IMG/VR virus record: IMGVR_UViG_3300048861_000257
Source: an uncultured virus (IMG/VR IMGVR_UViG_3300048861_000257)
Lineage: Duplodnaviria; Heunggongvirae; Uroviricota; Caudoviricetes; Herelleviridae
Reading direction: 5' to 3' (one strand)
DNA length: 64,000 nt
Below, one piece after another: positions 28,831 through 40,100 of this stretch. A program made the position numbers and the translations under genes. The notes beneath the pieces are model-generated. The model was not told the DNA's origin. It did no database searches and saw only the letters and a program-made list of their open reading frames with translations. The stretch's first letter is position 1, and the number at the start of each line of letters is the position of its first letter.

Positions 28831-31053
28831 ATGGGCCTCAAGCAGGACGTCGTCATCGTCAACGAGTTCTCCGTGCCCTTGCCCTCCAAGGGGAAGAAGG
28901 GCAAGCGCGGCAGTCGCGGCGGCACGCCGGGCGACTACGTCACGCGCTACATGGCACGCGAGATGGCCACGGAATCACTCGCACCGATCCGCCGGCGCCG
29001 CACCGACGACTTCATCCTCCGCTACATGGCCCGCCAGACCGCGACCGAGAGCCTCGACATCCGTGATCGCGGCACCCTGAAGCGGCGGATGGCCAGCGCG
29101 CAGGGGGAAGGGGGTGTCGCCTTCGGGTACGACCAGGTGTCCCTCTCTCACGAACAGCTCCAGGCTGCCAGCGCGGACATCCAGCATCTGTTCGACGAGG
29201 GACACACCGTCATGAAGACCGTCCTCTCCTTCGACCAGGAGTACCTGCGCAAGCACAAGATCATCCCCGAGGACTTCGTCTGCGAGCAGCGCGGTGACTA
29301 CCGCGGACACATCGACCAGATGAAGCTGCGACTGGCGATCATGCACGGTCTGGAACGGATGGGTCGCGCGCTCTACGACGACCTGCGTTACGTCGCGGTG
29401 ATCCAGGTGGACACCGAGCACGTGCACTGCCACCTGGCGATGGTGGACGCCGGTCGCGGATCGCTCGCCGCCGACGGCACCCAGCGTGGCAAGCTCAGCT
29501 CCCGCGGTCGGAACCTCCTGCGCCGCGGCGTCGACTCCTGGCTCGACGAGAAGCAGACAGTCAGGCACCTCTCGAGCGCCGTGGGCTACGAACGCCGCAA
29601 CGTCACCACCTTCGTCAAGCGCTGGGCACATCAGCAGATGCTTCGAGAGTCGCTGCCCCAGTTCCTGCTCGCGTGCCTGCCCGAGGACCGTCGACTCTGG
29701 CGCTGGGGCACCAACAACGCGGCCATGAGGAAGCCCAACCGCATCGTGCACCAGATCGTGCGCGAGGTCCTCGACCGTGAGGGCTCACCGATGACCCAGG
29801 CGATGATCGAAGTGCGCGAGTACGCCGACCACCGCCGTCAGGCTGAGGGGCTTAGCGCCCGCGAATGGCGGCAGCTCGTGAAGACCGGCGAGGACCGCAT
29901 CATCGAGCGCAGCGTCAATGCCGTCTACGCACTGCTGCGGCAGCTGCCGGAAGACGCGCTTCGTGTCCGCACTCCGATGCTGGACGCCATGGGTCTGGAC
30001 TACGAAGCACTGGCCCAGCGTGCGCACCAGACCGAAGAGGACCGGGATCTCGTCGGGTTCGGCTTCCGGTTGCGCTCGTTCGCATCCCGCCTGGAACACC
30101 ACACCGAGCAGCGGCAGCACTATCACGAGCAGGTTCGCGCGTGGGAGGCCGCCGACGACCAAGGTCGCGCCTCGGCCGCATCCCGTGCGGTCTACGACTT
30201 CTATCTCGAGGAGGAGCAGTACCACGCACGCCTCTCCTCGAAGTACCGCAACTTCCTCGCGTTCACACCCGCCACGGAGACCTGGTACACGGAATGGGCC
30301 GAGGTCGCCGACTACGGGGAGCGGATCATCTCGCTCGAGTCGATGCGTCGCGACCAGTCGCTGCGCCGCACCAGAGATGAGGCGGAGGCCGAACGGCTCG
30401 GACGCGAGATCTACGGCCAGCCCGGCGGCCGGCTGGTCGCGCGCGGAGACGTCGACTCGGTTCGCGTCCTTGAAGATCGCGTGCGCCGCATGCGTGCCAC
30501 CTACGCGGGCAAGGTCGACGACCTCCGTGTGCAGCTCGCAGGCAAAGGGCTTCGTCTCAACGTCACCAGCGACCCGGCGTCTGGCCGGGAGACGGCCACC
30601 ATCACCCCCGGCGCCGAGCACCGATTCGAGGAGGTGAAAGGCCTGGACCTGCATCACATGCGCTACGACTTCTCCCACGACGTGGAAGTCGGCCGGCGCA
30701 CGCTCGCGGCCTTCACGACAGCAGCAGAGCAGCGCGCCGCGGCACTGGACGGTGCGATCGAGTACCTCATCGCATCGGGTCAGGAAGACGCAATCGCGGA
30801 GCTTCCGGTTTCAGACGTACGCAACATGGCTCGTCTCGCCGAACAGATCGAAGCCGACCCGAACACACTGTTGCCGAGCCACGTCGCGGAGCTCGCGCGC
30901 GAGCGTGCGATCGCGAAGCGGAGTCGTACCATCCGCCTGAGCACGCAGTTGGCCGAGCAGCTCACCGAGCAGGTGGAGAAGGTCGCCCGACAGCCGATGC
31001 TCGACAACGAGCATGAGCGACCCGTCGCGGGGCGCAGTGACGAACTTCGATGA
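28831..31053 (+). CDS. HUH relaxase (MobL/MobP2-like)
   Basis: N-terminal YVTRYMAR (candidate catalytic Tyr), KTVLSFD, and YVAVIQVDTEHVHCHLAMVD (HUH motif). Confidence 0.8.
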   Translation: MGLKQDVVIVNEFSVPLPSKGKKGKRGSRGGTPGDYVTRYMAREMATESLAPIRRRRTDDFILRYMARQTATESLDIRDRGTLKRRMASAQGEGGVAFGYDQVSLSHEQLQAASADIQHLFDEGHTVMKTVLSFDQEYLRKHKIIPEDFVCEQRGDYRGHIDQMKLRLAIMHGLERMGRALYDDLRYVAVIQVDTEHVHCHLAMVDAGRGSLAADGTQRGKLSSRGRNLLRRGVDSWLDEKQTVRHLSSAVGYERRNVTTFVKRWAHQQMLRESLPQFLLACLPEDRRLWRWGTNNAAMRKPNRIVHQIVREVLDREGSPMTQAMIEVREYADHRRQAEGLSAREWRQLVKTGEDRIIERSVNAVYALLRQLPEDALRVRTPMLDAMGLDYEALAQRAHQTEEDRDLVGFGFRLRSFASRLEHHTEQRQHYHEQVRAWEAADDQGRASAASRAVYDFYLEEEQYHARLSSKYRNFLAFTPATETWYTEWAEVADYGERIISLESMRRDQSLRRTRDEAEAERLGREIYGQPGGRLVARGDVDSVRVLEDRVRRMRATYAGKVDDLRVQLAGKGLRLNVTSDPASGRETATITPGAEHRFEEVKGLDLHHMRYDFSHDVEVGRRTLAAFTTAAEQRAAALDGAIEYLIASGQEDAIAELPVSDVRNMARLAEQIEADPNTLLPSHVAELARERAIAKRSRTIRLSTQLAEQLTEQVEKVARQPMLDNEHERPVAGRSDELR

Positions 31054-31088
31054 GTGTCCTCGTTTCTGAGGACAGTCGCTTTTTTTCA

Positions 31089-31100
31089 CACGTATATGAG
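31089..31100. promoter_or_regulatory. Palindromic box, copy 9
   Basis: CACGTATATGAG, upstream of the 31213 gene. Confidence 0.65.
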
Positions 31101-31212
31101 CGAGACTGTGCTACTGTCTGAAGTGTCATCCCGGGGGGCATCCGGGTGCGTTACCTAAAACCAACATGGTCGTAGGCGAGAGGCCACGACCCGAACGCAC
31201 AAGGAGAAGACA

Positions 31213-31860
31213 ATGGTGGATCTGCGCAAGGAGACTCACGGCCCGGGCTCGACGAAGGGCGTCAACCTCGTCGTCATCGCCTATGACAACCGGGTGAACA
31301 AGAACAAGGAGACCGGCGAGATCTCCACCCGCTACCTCGACGTCCGTATGCACCCGGACGACAAGCGTGCCGCCGGTCAGACCACGCTCGCCCTGGTGAC
31401 GAAGAAGGACGACAAGTCGCCGACCGGCTTCAACAACACGGCGCGCTACTCGGCCAGCCAGTTCGAGGCCATCCAGAAGGCCGCCGGCGACAACGCCGTC
31501 GACCTGACCAACACGGCAGGTGACGTGGTGGGCAAGATCTACGGCGTCAAGTCCGATCTGCTGATCAGCAACGGCGATGTCATCGCCAACACCAAGACGC
31601 TGGAGGCGAGCGAGCACTCGGTGGCGCCGAACGAGGCCGGTGTCGAGATCCGTCAGCAGATCTTCGATCGCATGGCGGAGAGCAAGGCCGCCCGTGAAGC
31701 CGCCAAGGCCGCTCCGGCTGCCGAGGCTCAGGCCGCCGAGAAGCCCGCGACGAAGACGGCCGCCAAGCGCACGTCGACCCGCAAGACCGCTGTGAAGGAG
31801 CCGGCTCTGGTCGGCGCCGGCGCTCCGGTGGCGTCGTCCGACGAGCCGGAACTGGGCTAA
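31213..31860 (+). CDS. Hypothetical protein with a beta-rich domain and a K/A/T-rich tail (possibly nucleic-acid binding)
   Basis: RBS AAGGAG; strongly biased codon use; histone-like tail KPATKTAAKRTSTRK. Confidence 0.7.
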   Translation: MVDLRKETHGPGSTKGVNLVVIAYDNRVNKNKETGEISTRYLDVRMHPDDKRAAGQTTLALVTKKDDKSPTGFNNTARYSASQFEAIQKAAGDNAVDLTNTAGDVVGKIYGVKSDLLISNGDVIANTKTLEASEHSVAPNEAGVEIRQQIFDRMAESKAAREAAKAAPAAEAQAAEKPATKTAAKRTSTRKTAVKEPALVGAGAPVASSDEPELG

Positions 31861-31868
31861 CCCCCAAT

Positions 31869-31908
31869 CGAAGGCCCCGCATCCGAGTTGCTCGGTGCGG
31901 GGCCTTCG
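31869..31908 (+). terminator. Intrinsic terminator
   Basis: CGAAGGCCCCGCA...TGCGGGGCCTTCG hairpin. Confidence 0.6.
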
Positions 31909-31983
31909 GTCGTTCCGGCGAGAACGGCAGAATCTTAGAGACACAAGGGCACGAGCCCTCAACACACGAAAGGGGCCAGCGAA

Positions 31984-32403
31984 ATGGCTATCGACTTCGA
32001 GCGGGAAGGGCAGCCCGAGAAGGCGGCCCAGCGGGATCAGGAGCGGCAGCCCCGCCGTCACCTGTCGATCTCGGACCTCGCAACGGAGGCTGGCTTCGAG
32101 CGTCGCGCACGAGCAGAACGTCAGAGCGATGAGGAGGAGCGCTCGGTCGGGGAGGCTGCACGGAAGGGCTTCACAGATGGCCTCTCGGATGAGCTCAGCC
32201 CAGGCTCTCCGCTGGGCGCACTGGCTCGGATCGCAGAGTCCGTCGACGGCATTGGGACCAAGGACGTCCAGGACAGGATGAACCGATTCCCCGAGCTTCG
32301 GGAAGTTGAGCTCCCCAGCGGCAAAGCGGCGCGCTTCCCGGAGCTTGCTGAGCAACCCAAGAGCACGGAGCAGCGCACCACTGACGACGAGATGGAGCGC
32401 TGA
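31984..32403 (+). CDS. Charged hypothetical protein
   Basis: RBS GAAAGGGG; 139 aa. Confidence 0.6.
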   Translation: MAIDFEREGQPEKAAQRDQERQPRRHLSISDLATEAGFERRARAERQSDEEERSVGEAARKGFTDGLSDELSPGSPLGALARIAESVDGIGTKDVQDRMNRFPELREVELPSGKAARFPELAEQPKSTEQRTTDDEMER

Positions 32404-32408
32404 GCCCC

Positions 32409-32735
32409 TCAGGGTTGGTTCATCGGGCCGTCCACGTTCCTCTGGAACTGGGCGGCCCACTGTCGTTCCCGCTCGAGTCGGCGCTGCAGGTCGATGTCGG
32501 CGGCCCCATTCAACACCCATGTCATCCTTCCGAAGAACAGGAAGATGCCGAGGACGATCACGACGACGCTTCCGATTAGGACAGCCAAGAAGAAGTGGAA
32601 CCACTCCGGATACGCCATGCCGGCCGGACTGCCGAACTCGTCCGTCTGGGTGCGGCTCGTGACGCCGGTGGCCACGACGCTTATCGCGAGAGCGACGCAC
32701 GCGACCACCATCGCCCACTTCGCCCAGATGGGCAT
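32409..32735 (-). CDS. Small two-TM membrane protein
   Basis: Two hydrophobic helices; the only - strand gene within the 12.5-50 kb transfer region. Confidence 0.55.
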   Translation of the reverse strand: MPIWAKWAMVVACVALAISVVATGVTSRTQTDEFGSPAGMAYPEWFHFFLAVLIGSVVVIVLGIFLFFGRMTWVLNGAADIDLQRRLERERQWAAQFQRNVDGPMNQP

Positions 32736-32833
32736 CAGATCGGAGCGGACAGGGGGTGTGGGCACGGCGTCTCCAATGGGTGTTGAGCTGCCCAACTCCA
32801 GCAGCGGGTGTAGGGGTGTCACGGCAGCCCGCG

Positions 32834-32842
32834 TGCTATAAT
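32834..32842 (+). promoter_or_regulatory. Extended -10 promoter of the Clp-type ATPase gene
   Basis: TGCTATAAT is a perfect TGn-TATAAT; the palindromic box follows 4 bp later at 32847. Confidence 0.7.
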
Positions 32843-32846
32843 TACA

Positions 32847-32858
32847 CTCGTTTATCAG
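32847..32858. promoter_or_regulatory. Palindromic box, copy 10
   Basis: CTCGTTTATCAG, 4 bp after TGCTATAAT, upstream of the Clp-type ATPase gene. Confidence 0.7.
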
Positions 32859-32893
32859 TGTTTTTGAACAAGTCGACAGCGGGGGCAAGCAGC

Positions 32894-34669
32894 GTGTTCG
32901 TGGCAACGGAACTGAATCAGAAGTACCAGACGCTGGCCAAGTACAGCGCGCCGCTTAAGCCCTCCGAACGGGATATCGTCGGACGGGACTACGAGATCGC
33001 GCAGCTCATGGCCGCGATGAGCCGGCCCGAGCTCTGCAACGCCCTCCTGCTCGCACCTCCCGGTTCGGGTAAGACTGCGCTGGTGAAGGCTGCGATGGAG
33101 AAGGACCCCGAGAGAAGCTACCTCGAGGTCGACCTCGCCAAGATGATCGCCGGCCTTCGAAACCCGGACGAGATGGCAGCACTGCTCAAGACGCTCTTCG
33201 ACGAGGCCGAGTCGTACAGTGCCGAGGAAGAGCGCGAACTGGTGCTCTTCATCGACGAGTTCCACCAGATCGTGCAGCTGAGCCCTGCCGCGGTCGAGGC
33301 GCTGAAGCCGGTGCTGGCAGAGTCCGGAGCCCGCGGCATCCGCGTGATCGCGGCTACGACCGACGACGAGTTCGATCGATACGTCAAGCCGAACCAGCCC
33401 CTGGTGGAGCGTCTGCAGCGCATCATCGTGAGCCCGCCCGGCCGCGACACAACCGTGGAGATCCTCCGCGGCATGGCCGAGCGATACGAGGTCTCCGACC
33501 AGTTCTACGACAACCACATGTTCGAGCTGATCCACGAGTTCACCGAGCGCTACGTCCCCGCAGCCACGCAACCGCGCAAATCGATCCTCGTGCTCGACGC
33601 GATGGTCGGCTGGCACCGTCAGAGTAAGAGGCCGATGGACCGCGCGCTGCTGGCCGACGTGCTGCTCGAGTCGGTCGGCGTGAACGTCGCCTTCCGCGTT
33701 GACGCGGTGCAGATCAAGGCGCAGCTGGACCGCAAGGTCTTCAGCCAGCACTTCGCGACCTCCGTCGTCGCCAAGCGCCTCCAGCTCTGCGTCGCAGATC
33801 TGCACGACAAGACCAAGCCCGCATCCTCGTTCCTCTTCACCGGCTCAACCGGTGTCGGCAAGTCGGAGCTGACCAAGCAGCTCGCTCAGCTGATGTTCGG
33901 GGACGCCCGGAAGCACCTCATCCGCTTCGACATGTCCGAGTATGCCCGCGACGAGTCGCTCGACCTGTTCCGCACCGAACTGACCAGTCGGGTCTGGCAC
34001 ACCAGCCACGCCGTCGTGCTGCTGGACGAGATCGAGAAGGCGTCACCCCTCGTCACCCGCATGCTCCTGCAGGTGCTCGACGACGGCCGCCTGTCGGACG
34101 CCAACGGACGACAGGTCTCCTTCCTGAACACCTACATCGTGATGACGACCAACGCGGGCTCGGAGATCTACGAGACGATCGCGCAGTACAACGTCGACGA
34201 CACCGGCTCCGGCAAGGAGCTGAAGGAGAAGATGAAGGAGATCCGCCGCTCGATCACCAGCACACAGGGGGACAACCGCTTCCCGCCCGAACTGCTCGGC
34301 CGTATCGACGCGATCGTTCCTTTCCAGCCACTGTCACGGACCACTCAACGCACGATCGTGAAGGAGAAGCTGCGGTCGTTCGTTCAGGAGGTCCTGACGA
34401 AGCACGGCACCCGCGTCTTCGTCAACGAGAAGGTGCTGGAGTACCTGGTCGAGGACAAGACCGACACAGACTCCGACGCCGGTGGAGCTCGTGCGGCGAT
34501 CGCGCGTCTCACCGACGAGGTCGCCACCGAGGTGGCCGCGTTCCTCAACAAGCACCCGAACGAGCGCGCCATCCAGGTCGACATCCGGGGCGAACTCAAG
34601 AGCGGGGACAAGACCCGACTCAAGAGCGAGGCCGAGGTCGTCGTGACCCTCCCACCGATGGCTGCCTGA
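32894..34669 (+). CDS. ClpA/ClpB-family double AAA+ ATPase lacking the N-domain
   Basis: NBD1: IVGRDYEI, PPGSGKT, LFIDEFH, ATTDDE. NBD2: GSTGVGKSE, RFDMSEY, LLDEIEKA, LQVLDDGRL, PELLGRID, GAR. Confidence 0.9.
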   Translation: MFVATELNQKYQTLAKYSAPLKPSERDIVGRDYEIAQLMAAMSRPELCNALLLAPPGSGKTALVKAAMEKDPERSYLEVDLAKMIAGLRNPDEMAALLKTLFDEAESYSAEEERELVLFIDEFHQIVQLSPAAVEALKPVLAESGARGIRVIAATTDDEFDRYVKPNQPLVERLQRIIVSPPGRDTTVEILRGMAERYEVSDQFYDNHMFELIHEFTERYVPAATQPRKSILVLDAMVGWHRQSKRPMDRALLADVLLESVGVNVAFRVDAVQIKAQLDRKVFSQHFATSVVAKRLQLCVADLHDKTKPASSFLFTGSTGVGKSELTKQLAQLMFGDARKHLIRFDMSEYARDESLDLFRTELTSRVWHTSHAVVLLDEIEKASPLVTRMLLQVLDDGRLSDANGRQVSFLNTYIVMTTNAGSEIYETIAQYNVDDTGSGKELKEKMKEIRRSITSTQGDNRFPPELLGRIDAIVPFQPLSRTTQRTIVKEKLRSFVQEVLTKHGTRVFVNEKVLEYLVEDKTDTDSDAGGARAAIARLTDEVATEVAAFLNKHPNERAIQVDIRGELKSGDKTRLKSEAEVVVTLPPMAA

Positions 34670-34726
34670 CCCCAGTTCGGGGCCGTTCGGGCCTCTTCCG
34701 CGACACCTTCCAAATCCTCATATATG

Positions 34727-34738
34727 CTCGTATATGAG
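34727..34738. promoter_or_regulatory. Palindromic box, copy 11 (with an overlapping partial copy at 34717)
   Basis: CTCGTATATGAG, preceded by CTCATATATG. Confidence 0.7.
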
Positions 34739-34762
34739 AGAGATCAGGAAAGGACGTTGACC

Positions 34763-37042
34763 ATGGCATTCGGTCGAGGCAGGAAGAACAAGGGGGATGC
34801 CCCCGAGGCGGTGGAGACGACCGTCGAGGCACAATCCGCACCCGCGGACGCCAAGCGTTCGGGTCAGAAGAAGCGCAAGCCGCAGGAGCTGCTCTCCAGC
34901 GTCGTCAACGAGACCGCCGTCGGCGCGGCCATCGACGTGATGAAGCGCAATGACGCGTTCGCGCTCCCCAACGGCGCCTCCTGGGTGGGTCTTCTGCTGT
35001 CGGCGGACGCCATCGGCGGGCTCAACCAGAAGCAGAAGAGCGACGCCGCCAAGGGCTCCATCATCGAGTTGATCGCCGCCGACAAGATCCAGGTCGTCGC
35101 GACCAAGGCAATGCTGGACGAGGAGTTCCTCGGCCTCATCCCGACGGCGGAGACGCTGGAACGGATGGAGGAGTACCGGCTTCTCACCGACGCGCCGTAC
35201 TACTGGGTGGTCTTCCGCACCGAGGACGGCGGCCACTCGCTGATCGCCGATGCCGTGCACGACACGCCCGCGACGTACGCGGATGCTGTGGCCGTCTCGC
35301 GCGGCACCGAGACGATCCAGAGCCTGCTCCCGGCGGTCTGGCAGTGGTCGGGCGGCACGGTCGAGTCCGCAGCGGAGAGCGACTTCGAGCGCGTGCTCGT
35401 GGGTGCCGCCGCCAGTGGCGCATCCGTCTCCACGACCGGCGCGGCCCCGGCCGACACCGACCCGCTCGGGGACGCGTTCAGCTTCGATGACGACGACGAG
35501 GTCGACTACTCGAGCCTCGCAGCCGACGGCAGCCTCGACCTGGACTCCGGTGAGGTAACTGACGGCGAGCCGGCGCTCGAATTCGACGCTGCGCGATTCG
35601 AGGCTGAGTTCGCCGGGCCGGAGACCACGTTCCCGGACGCCGACGACGAGGAACCGGAATTCGACACCACCTGGCAGACCGACGATCCGGACGAGGGCCA
35701 GACGGCCGCCGGCGAGACCGGTGACGAGGACAACAGCTACTTCCAGTACCTCGCTGAGAACCGCAACCGCGTCGTCGACGAGGACGAGGTGCGCGACACC
35801 ATTGCCCGCCGCTTCCTCAGTGACGACCTGAACCTGGTGGTCGACTTGGCCGAGTTCGAGCGGGTCTTCAACACCGACACCGAGGGCATCGCCCTGGAGA
35901 TCGCCGACGACCCCTCCGACTGGCTCGGCTCCCAGGTGGCCCAGCTCAGCCGACAGGCCAACGCCGAGCTGCGCGCACTTCACCAGGGTCACGTCGATGA
36001 GCTGCGCCAGCTCTACGTTGAGACGGCCGCTCTGCACGTTGAGCGCACCATGGCGGCGGTGTCCACCAGCACCCCGGGTTCGCAGTACGCCGAGCTGATG
36101 GAGGGTGCCAAGCGCGACTTCGAGAGCCAGCGGACCAACGCCCAGCAGGAGATCGCTGAGCAGCGCCGTGAGATCACCGCTCGCTTCGAGGCCGCAGCCC
36201 AGAGCCGAGCCGAGCAGGCCGCGGCCCACGCCCGTGCCGTGTACGAGGACAAGAACCGCCCCAAGCTGGAGCGCGACCTCGCCGAGGTCGGCCAGGAGGT
36301 CGACCGTCGTCACGAGGAGCAGTACTCGCACAACCGTCAGACCGTGCTCGAGATGCGCCGCAAGGACGCCAACGTACGCATCGACGTCGGCAACAACCGC
36401 ATCTTCGAGTTGTTGCGCGAGCGGCAGGCCGAGCAGCGCGAAGGCGAGCGCGCCCTCCTGGAGCGCTGGAACCACCAGCTGATCCAGTTCATCGACGAGA
36501 ACCGCAAGGACGACATCGCCCGCTCCATCGCTCTCGCCGAGCAGCTCGACCGGACGAACAAGGTCGATGAGCTGGAGGAGAAGCACCGCGAAGAGCTGGA
36601 GCGCCTGCGCCGTGAGCACGCCGAGCGCGAGGACACACTCCGCGCCGAGCAGGTGCGCATCCGCGAAGAGGCCCTGGCCGAGCTCCAGTCCCGACAGGCT
36701 GCCTGGGACAGCGCGGCGACTATCGAGCAGGAGCGTGCGACCGCCAGCAGCGGCCTCATCGATCAGCTGCGCGAACAGGTCGGGTCGCTCAGGGAGCAGT
36801 ACGACGCTGAGTACAAGGCACGAATCACCTCGCTCGAGGAGGACAAGAAGGCCTCCGCCGAGGCGCTGGATCGTGCTCACGGCCTGCAGAAGCGTGCGAC
36901 CTTCATCCTCGTAGCGCTCGCCCTGGTTCTGGCGATCGCCTCGATCGCGATCGGCGTGATCCTCGGCTGGAGCTGGGGCCACAACCAGGCTGTGCAGACA
37001 GTTCCCGCCGGCTTCGCCGCGCTGGGCTCGCTGCTTCCATAG
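34763..37042 (+). CDS. Acidic coiled-coil protein with a C-terminal membrane anchor
   Basis: RBS GAAAGGA; D/E-rich linker, long heptad region, C-terminal TM. Confidence 0.75.
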   Translation: MAFGRGRKNKGDAPEAVETTVEAQSAPADAKRSGQKKRKPQELLSSVVNETAVGAAIDVMKRNDAFALPNGASWVGLLLSADAIGGLNQKQKSDAAKGSIIELIAADKIQVVATKAMLDEEFLGLIPTAETLERMEEYRLLTDAPYYWVVFRTEDGGHSLIADAVHDTPATYADAVAVSRGTETIQSLLPAVWQWSGGTVESAAESDFERVLVGAAASGASVSTTGAAPADTDPLGDAFSFDDDDEVDYSSLAADGSLDLDSGEVTDGEPALEFDAARFEAEFAGPETTFPDADDEEPEFDTTWQTDDPDEGQTAAGETGDEDNSYFQYLAENRNRVVDEDEVRDTIARRFLSDDLNLVVDLAEFERVFNTDTEGIALEIADDPSDWLGSQVAQLSRQANAELRALHQGHVDELRQLYVETAALHVERTMAAVSTSTPGSQYAELMEGAKRDFESQRTNAQQEIAEQRREITARFEAAAQSRAEQAAAHARAVYEDKNRPKLERDLAEVGQEVDRRHEEQYSHNRQTVLEMRRKDANVRIDVGNNRIFELLRERQAEQREGERALLERWNHQLIQFIDENRKDDIARSIALAEQLDRTNKVDELEEKHREELERLRREHAEREDTLRAEQVRIREEALAELQSRQAAWDSAATIEQERATASSGLIDQLREQVGSLREQYDAEYKARITSLEEDKKASAEALDRAHGLQKRATFILVALALVLAIASIAIGVILGWSWGHNQAVQTVPAGFAALGSLLP

Positions 37043-37181
37043 ACCGGCGGTGTGGCCGGTTTCCTGATCTCCCTGCCACACCGCCAGCAACGGAACGGGG
37101 CGCGTCGCCACAGAGGCGTCGTGCCCCGTTCCCACGTCAAGACAAGACTTATCGACTCGCTCGGTGAACGAGCACAGGAAG

Positions 37182-40100
37182 ATGGGAAGCCCCGTGCCGA
37201 AGACGGAGACCAACCCGAAGGCGACGAACTGGGAGAAGCTCTCCAATCGCCGCGCCGACCAAACGCTGCAGAACCGCGACGTCTACGAGAGCCAGCAACT
37301 CGATCGGTCCCGTATCGATCCGCGCCGGACCAAGACGAGCCGCTCCATCGCCTCAGCTGTCATCGGAGTCCTTGTCACCCTCCTGGTCTGGGTGCTGCTG
37401 TCCTTCGCTGGCGCGGTCGTTGCCATGTTCAACCCGCACACCGGCCCGTTGGAGAGCCAGGGCGAGTTCTACAAGGTCGCCCAGGTCAACGGATCTTCCG
37501 TCTTCCACTGCTTCCAGATCTTGGACGAATCCGGCCACGCTGCGCCCGGACTGCCCTGCTACAAGACCGAGCGGGAAGCCCAGGACAACCCGCCCACCTG
37601 GTGGGTTGAGAAGCAGACCGCGAGCAACACCGACACGAAGGGCAAGCCGCTGGTTCGTGCCGCGTCCACGGGCATCGTCGGCCAGCTGCTGAACTTCGAG
37701 CTCTGGAAGCTGATCGCCTCGGCGCTCACCGGGCTCATCGTTTTCGCGATCGTTCACCAGGTGATGATGCGCAACCTGGACGCTCAGAACCTGATGAACG
37801 ACACCACCGACATCAATCAGTACGAGGGCGACCAGCACGTCGCGCTGCCCGAAGAGGTGATGCGGAAGTTCGACTGGTTCCCCGACGCCGGCGCCCACTC
37901 GAGCGTGCAGTTCAGCTCGATGATCAGCCACGTCATGCTGACCAACAAGGGCCTGAAGAAGATCGAGATATCTGTCCGAGCCGAGAAAGATATCGAGGAC
38001 GAGGACGGTGACGTCGAGTACCTCAAGGGCGAGATCATTCGCGACGACAACGAGCAGGCGATCACCCGCACGGTGCCGCTGATCGACGAGGACTTCGGAG
38101 ACGCGTTGTTCGACGCGTCGGGCATGCCCAAGGAGAAGCGGCTGCGGAAGAAGTACGACACCACGGTGATCCCCTACAACGCCGACGGCAGCGACCGCGG
38201 CAAGCTCGGCACCCACAAGTCCGTGGCCGACCTCATCAACAGCGACTGGGAGCTGCCCGAATACGAAGTGCAGCGCCCCGGCGGCGCGTACCTGGTGGAC
38301 ACCGCACCGGTGAACACCATGGTGCTCGCGATCACCCGGGCCGGTAAGGGCCAGACCTACATCGAGCCGGTCATCGACATGTGGCTGCGCGAGAAGCGCC
38401 CCAGCAACATGGTCATCAACGACCCCAAGGGCGAGCTCCTGGTCAAGAACTACGTCCCGGCCACCATGCGCGGCTACCAGGCAGTCCAGTTCAACCTCAT
38501 CAACGCGATGAAGACCGACATCTACAACCCGCTCGGCATGGCGGCCGACGCCGCACGTGAGGGAGATGCGCCGAAGTGCGCGCTGTACGTCGAGAACATC
38601 GCGGACGTGTTCTTCCCGCTCGACGGCGGCGAGGACCCGGTGTGGCCGAACGCCGCCAACAACGCGTTCAAGCGTGCCGCCTACGGCCTGATCGACTACT
38701 ACCTCGAGGAGGAGCGCGAGCTGCGCGCCTTCGCTGCCCGCACCAACATGGACGCCAAGGTGCTGGAGACGCGCTTGGACGAGATGTGGGGCAAGGTCAC
38801 GCTCTACAACTGCTACCAGCTGTTCGTGCAGCTCACGGCCAAGAAGATGAAGAACCCGCTCAAGGCGCTGGAGGCACGCGCCAAGCGCGGCGAGTTCGGT
38901 GATCCGCAGGGTGACGACTTCGACGACGACGCCTACGAGGCCGAGCGTGAGGTCGCGATGCGGAAGGCCTTCCTCTGGGAGGACAAGGACGAGCTGGACA
39001 TGCTCACCCTGTACTTCAACGCCACAGGTGGTCTGCCCCAGAACTCAATGCGCACGCTCGTCAGCAACGCCGACAACGCACTGCGCGCGATGGGCGCGGC
39101 CGAGAAGATGCTCGCGAGCGTCTACGGCATCGCGATCACCGCCATGTCCTTCTTCACGGACCCGACCATCTCCACGCTGACCTCGGGCACCCCGTCGCAG
39201 AACACCGACCTCGGGGGACTGTCGTTCCCGCGGCGCATGGGTGTGCGGTTCGGCATGAACTTCCTCAAGCGCGACCACCTCATCGGCTCGCAGGTGAAGT
39301 GGGATGCATACGCCGACACCGGCTTCGAGAAGCCGCTGGGCGCCGACTTCGAGCACGAGGACATCGTGTCCCGCGAAGGCTGGGCGCGCTACTACTTCAA
39401 GGGGAAGTTCGCAGGTGACGTGGCGTACCTGCGGCTGCGGCTGCTGAACGCCCAGACCGGAATGCTCATCCGCACCTTCCACTTCCGCTTCACGAAGGAC
39501 TACCAGACCTCGCTCAACGGCCGGTACTTCATCACCGACCCGGTCCTGGGCGAGAAGATCGTGAAGAACGGCATCCTGATCGAGCTGCGCCGCAACGAGC
39601 AGACCGGCGTGTTCGAGCCCGGCCACACGACCTACCCGCAGATGCGGCTGACGAACATCAACTTCGGCATCCCGGACAAGGAGCTCGGGCAGGCCGAGGC
39701 CATCGTCTCGACGATGGTCCGCTACAGCGAGAAGCCGAAGGCCGTGTTCCTGGTCACGCCGCCGCACCTGATGAAGTACGCCAAGCTGATCCTGATCCTG
39801 GTCAAGCAGCTCGTCGACCTCAACTTCGACAAGTCATACATGACCAAGAGCGACCAGAAGCCGCTCTACCGCACCCGGTTCATGTTCGACGAGCTCGGCA
39901 ACCTGCAGTCCGAAGGTCACGGCATCGCCGGCTTCGAGACGATGCTGTCCATCGGCCTCGGCCAGGAGCAGCAGTTCACTCTCATCCTGCAGACGCTGCA
40001 GCAGCTGCGCGCGGTGTACGGCGAAGACGTCGACAAGATCGTCCAGGGCAACACCTCGAACATCATCTTCCTGAAGTCGACCGACGACGCGATGATCGAC

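Noticed and set aside
37149..37166. TTATCGACTCGCTsGGTG repeated at 61261-61278
   Set aside because: Only two copies, in opposite orientation relative to their downstream genes; one such match in 64 kb is compatible with chance.
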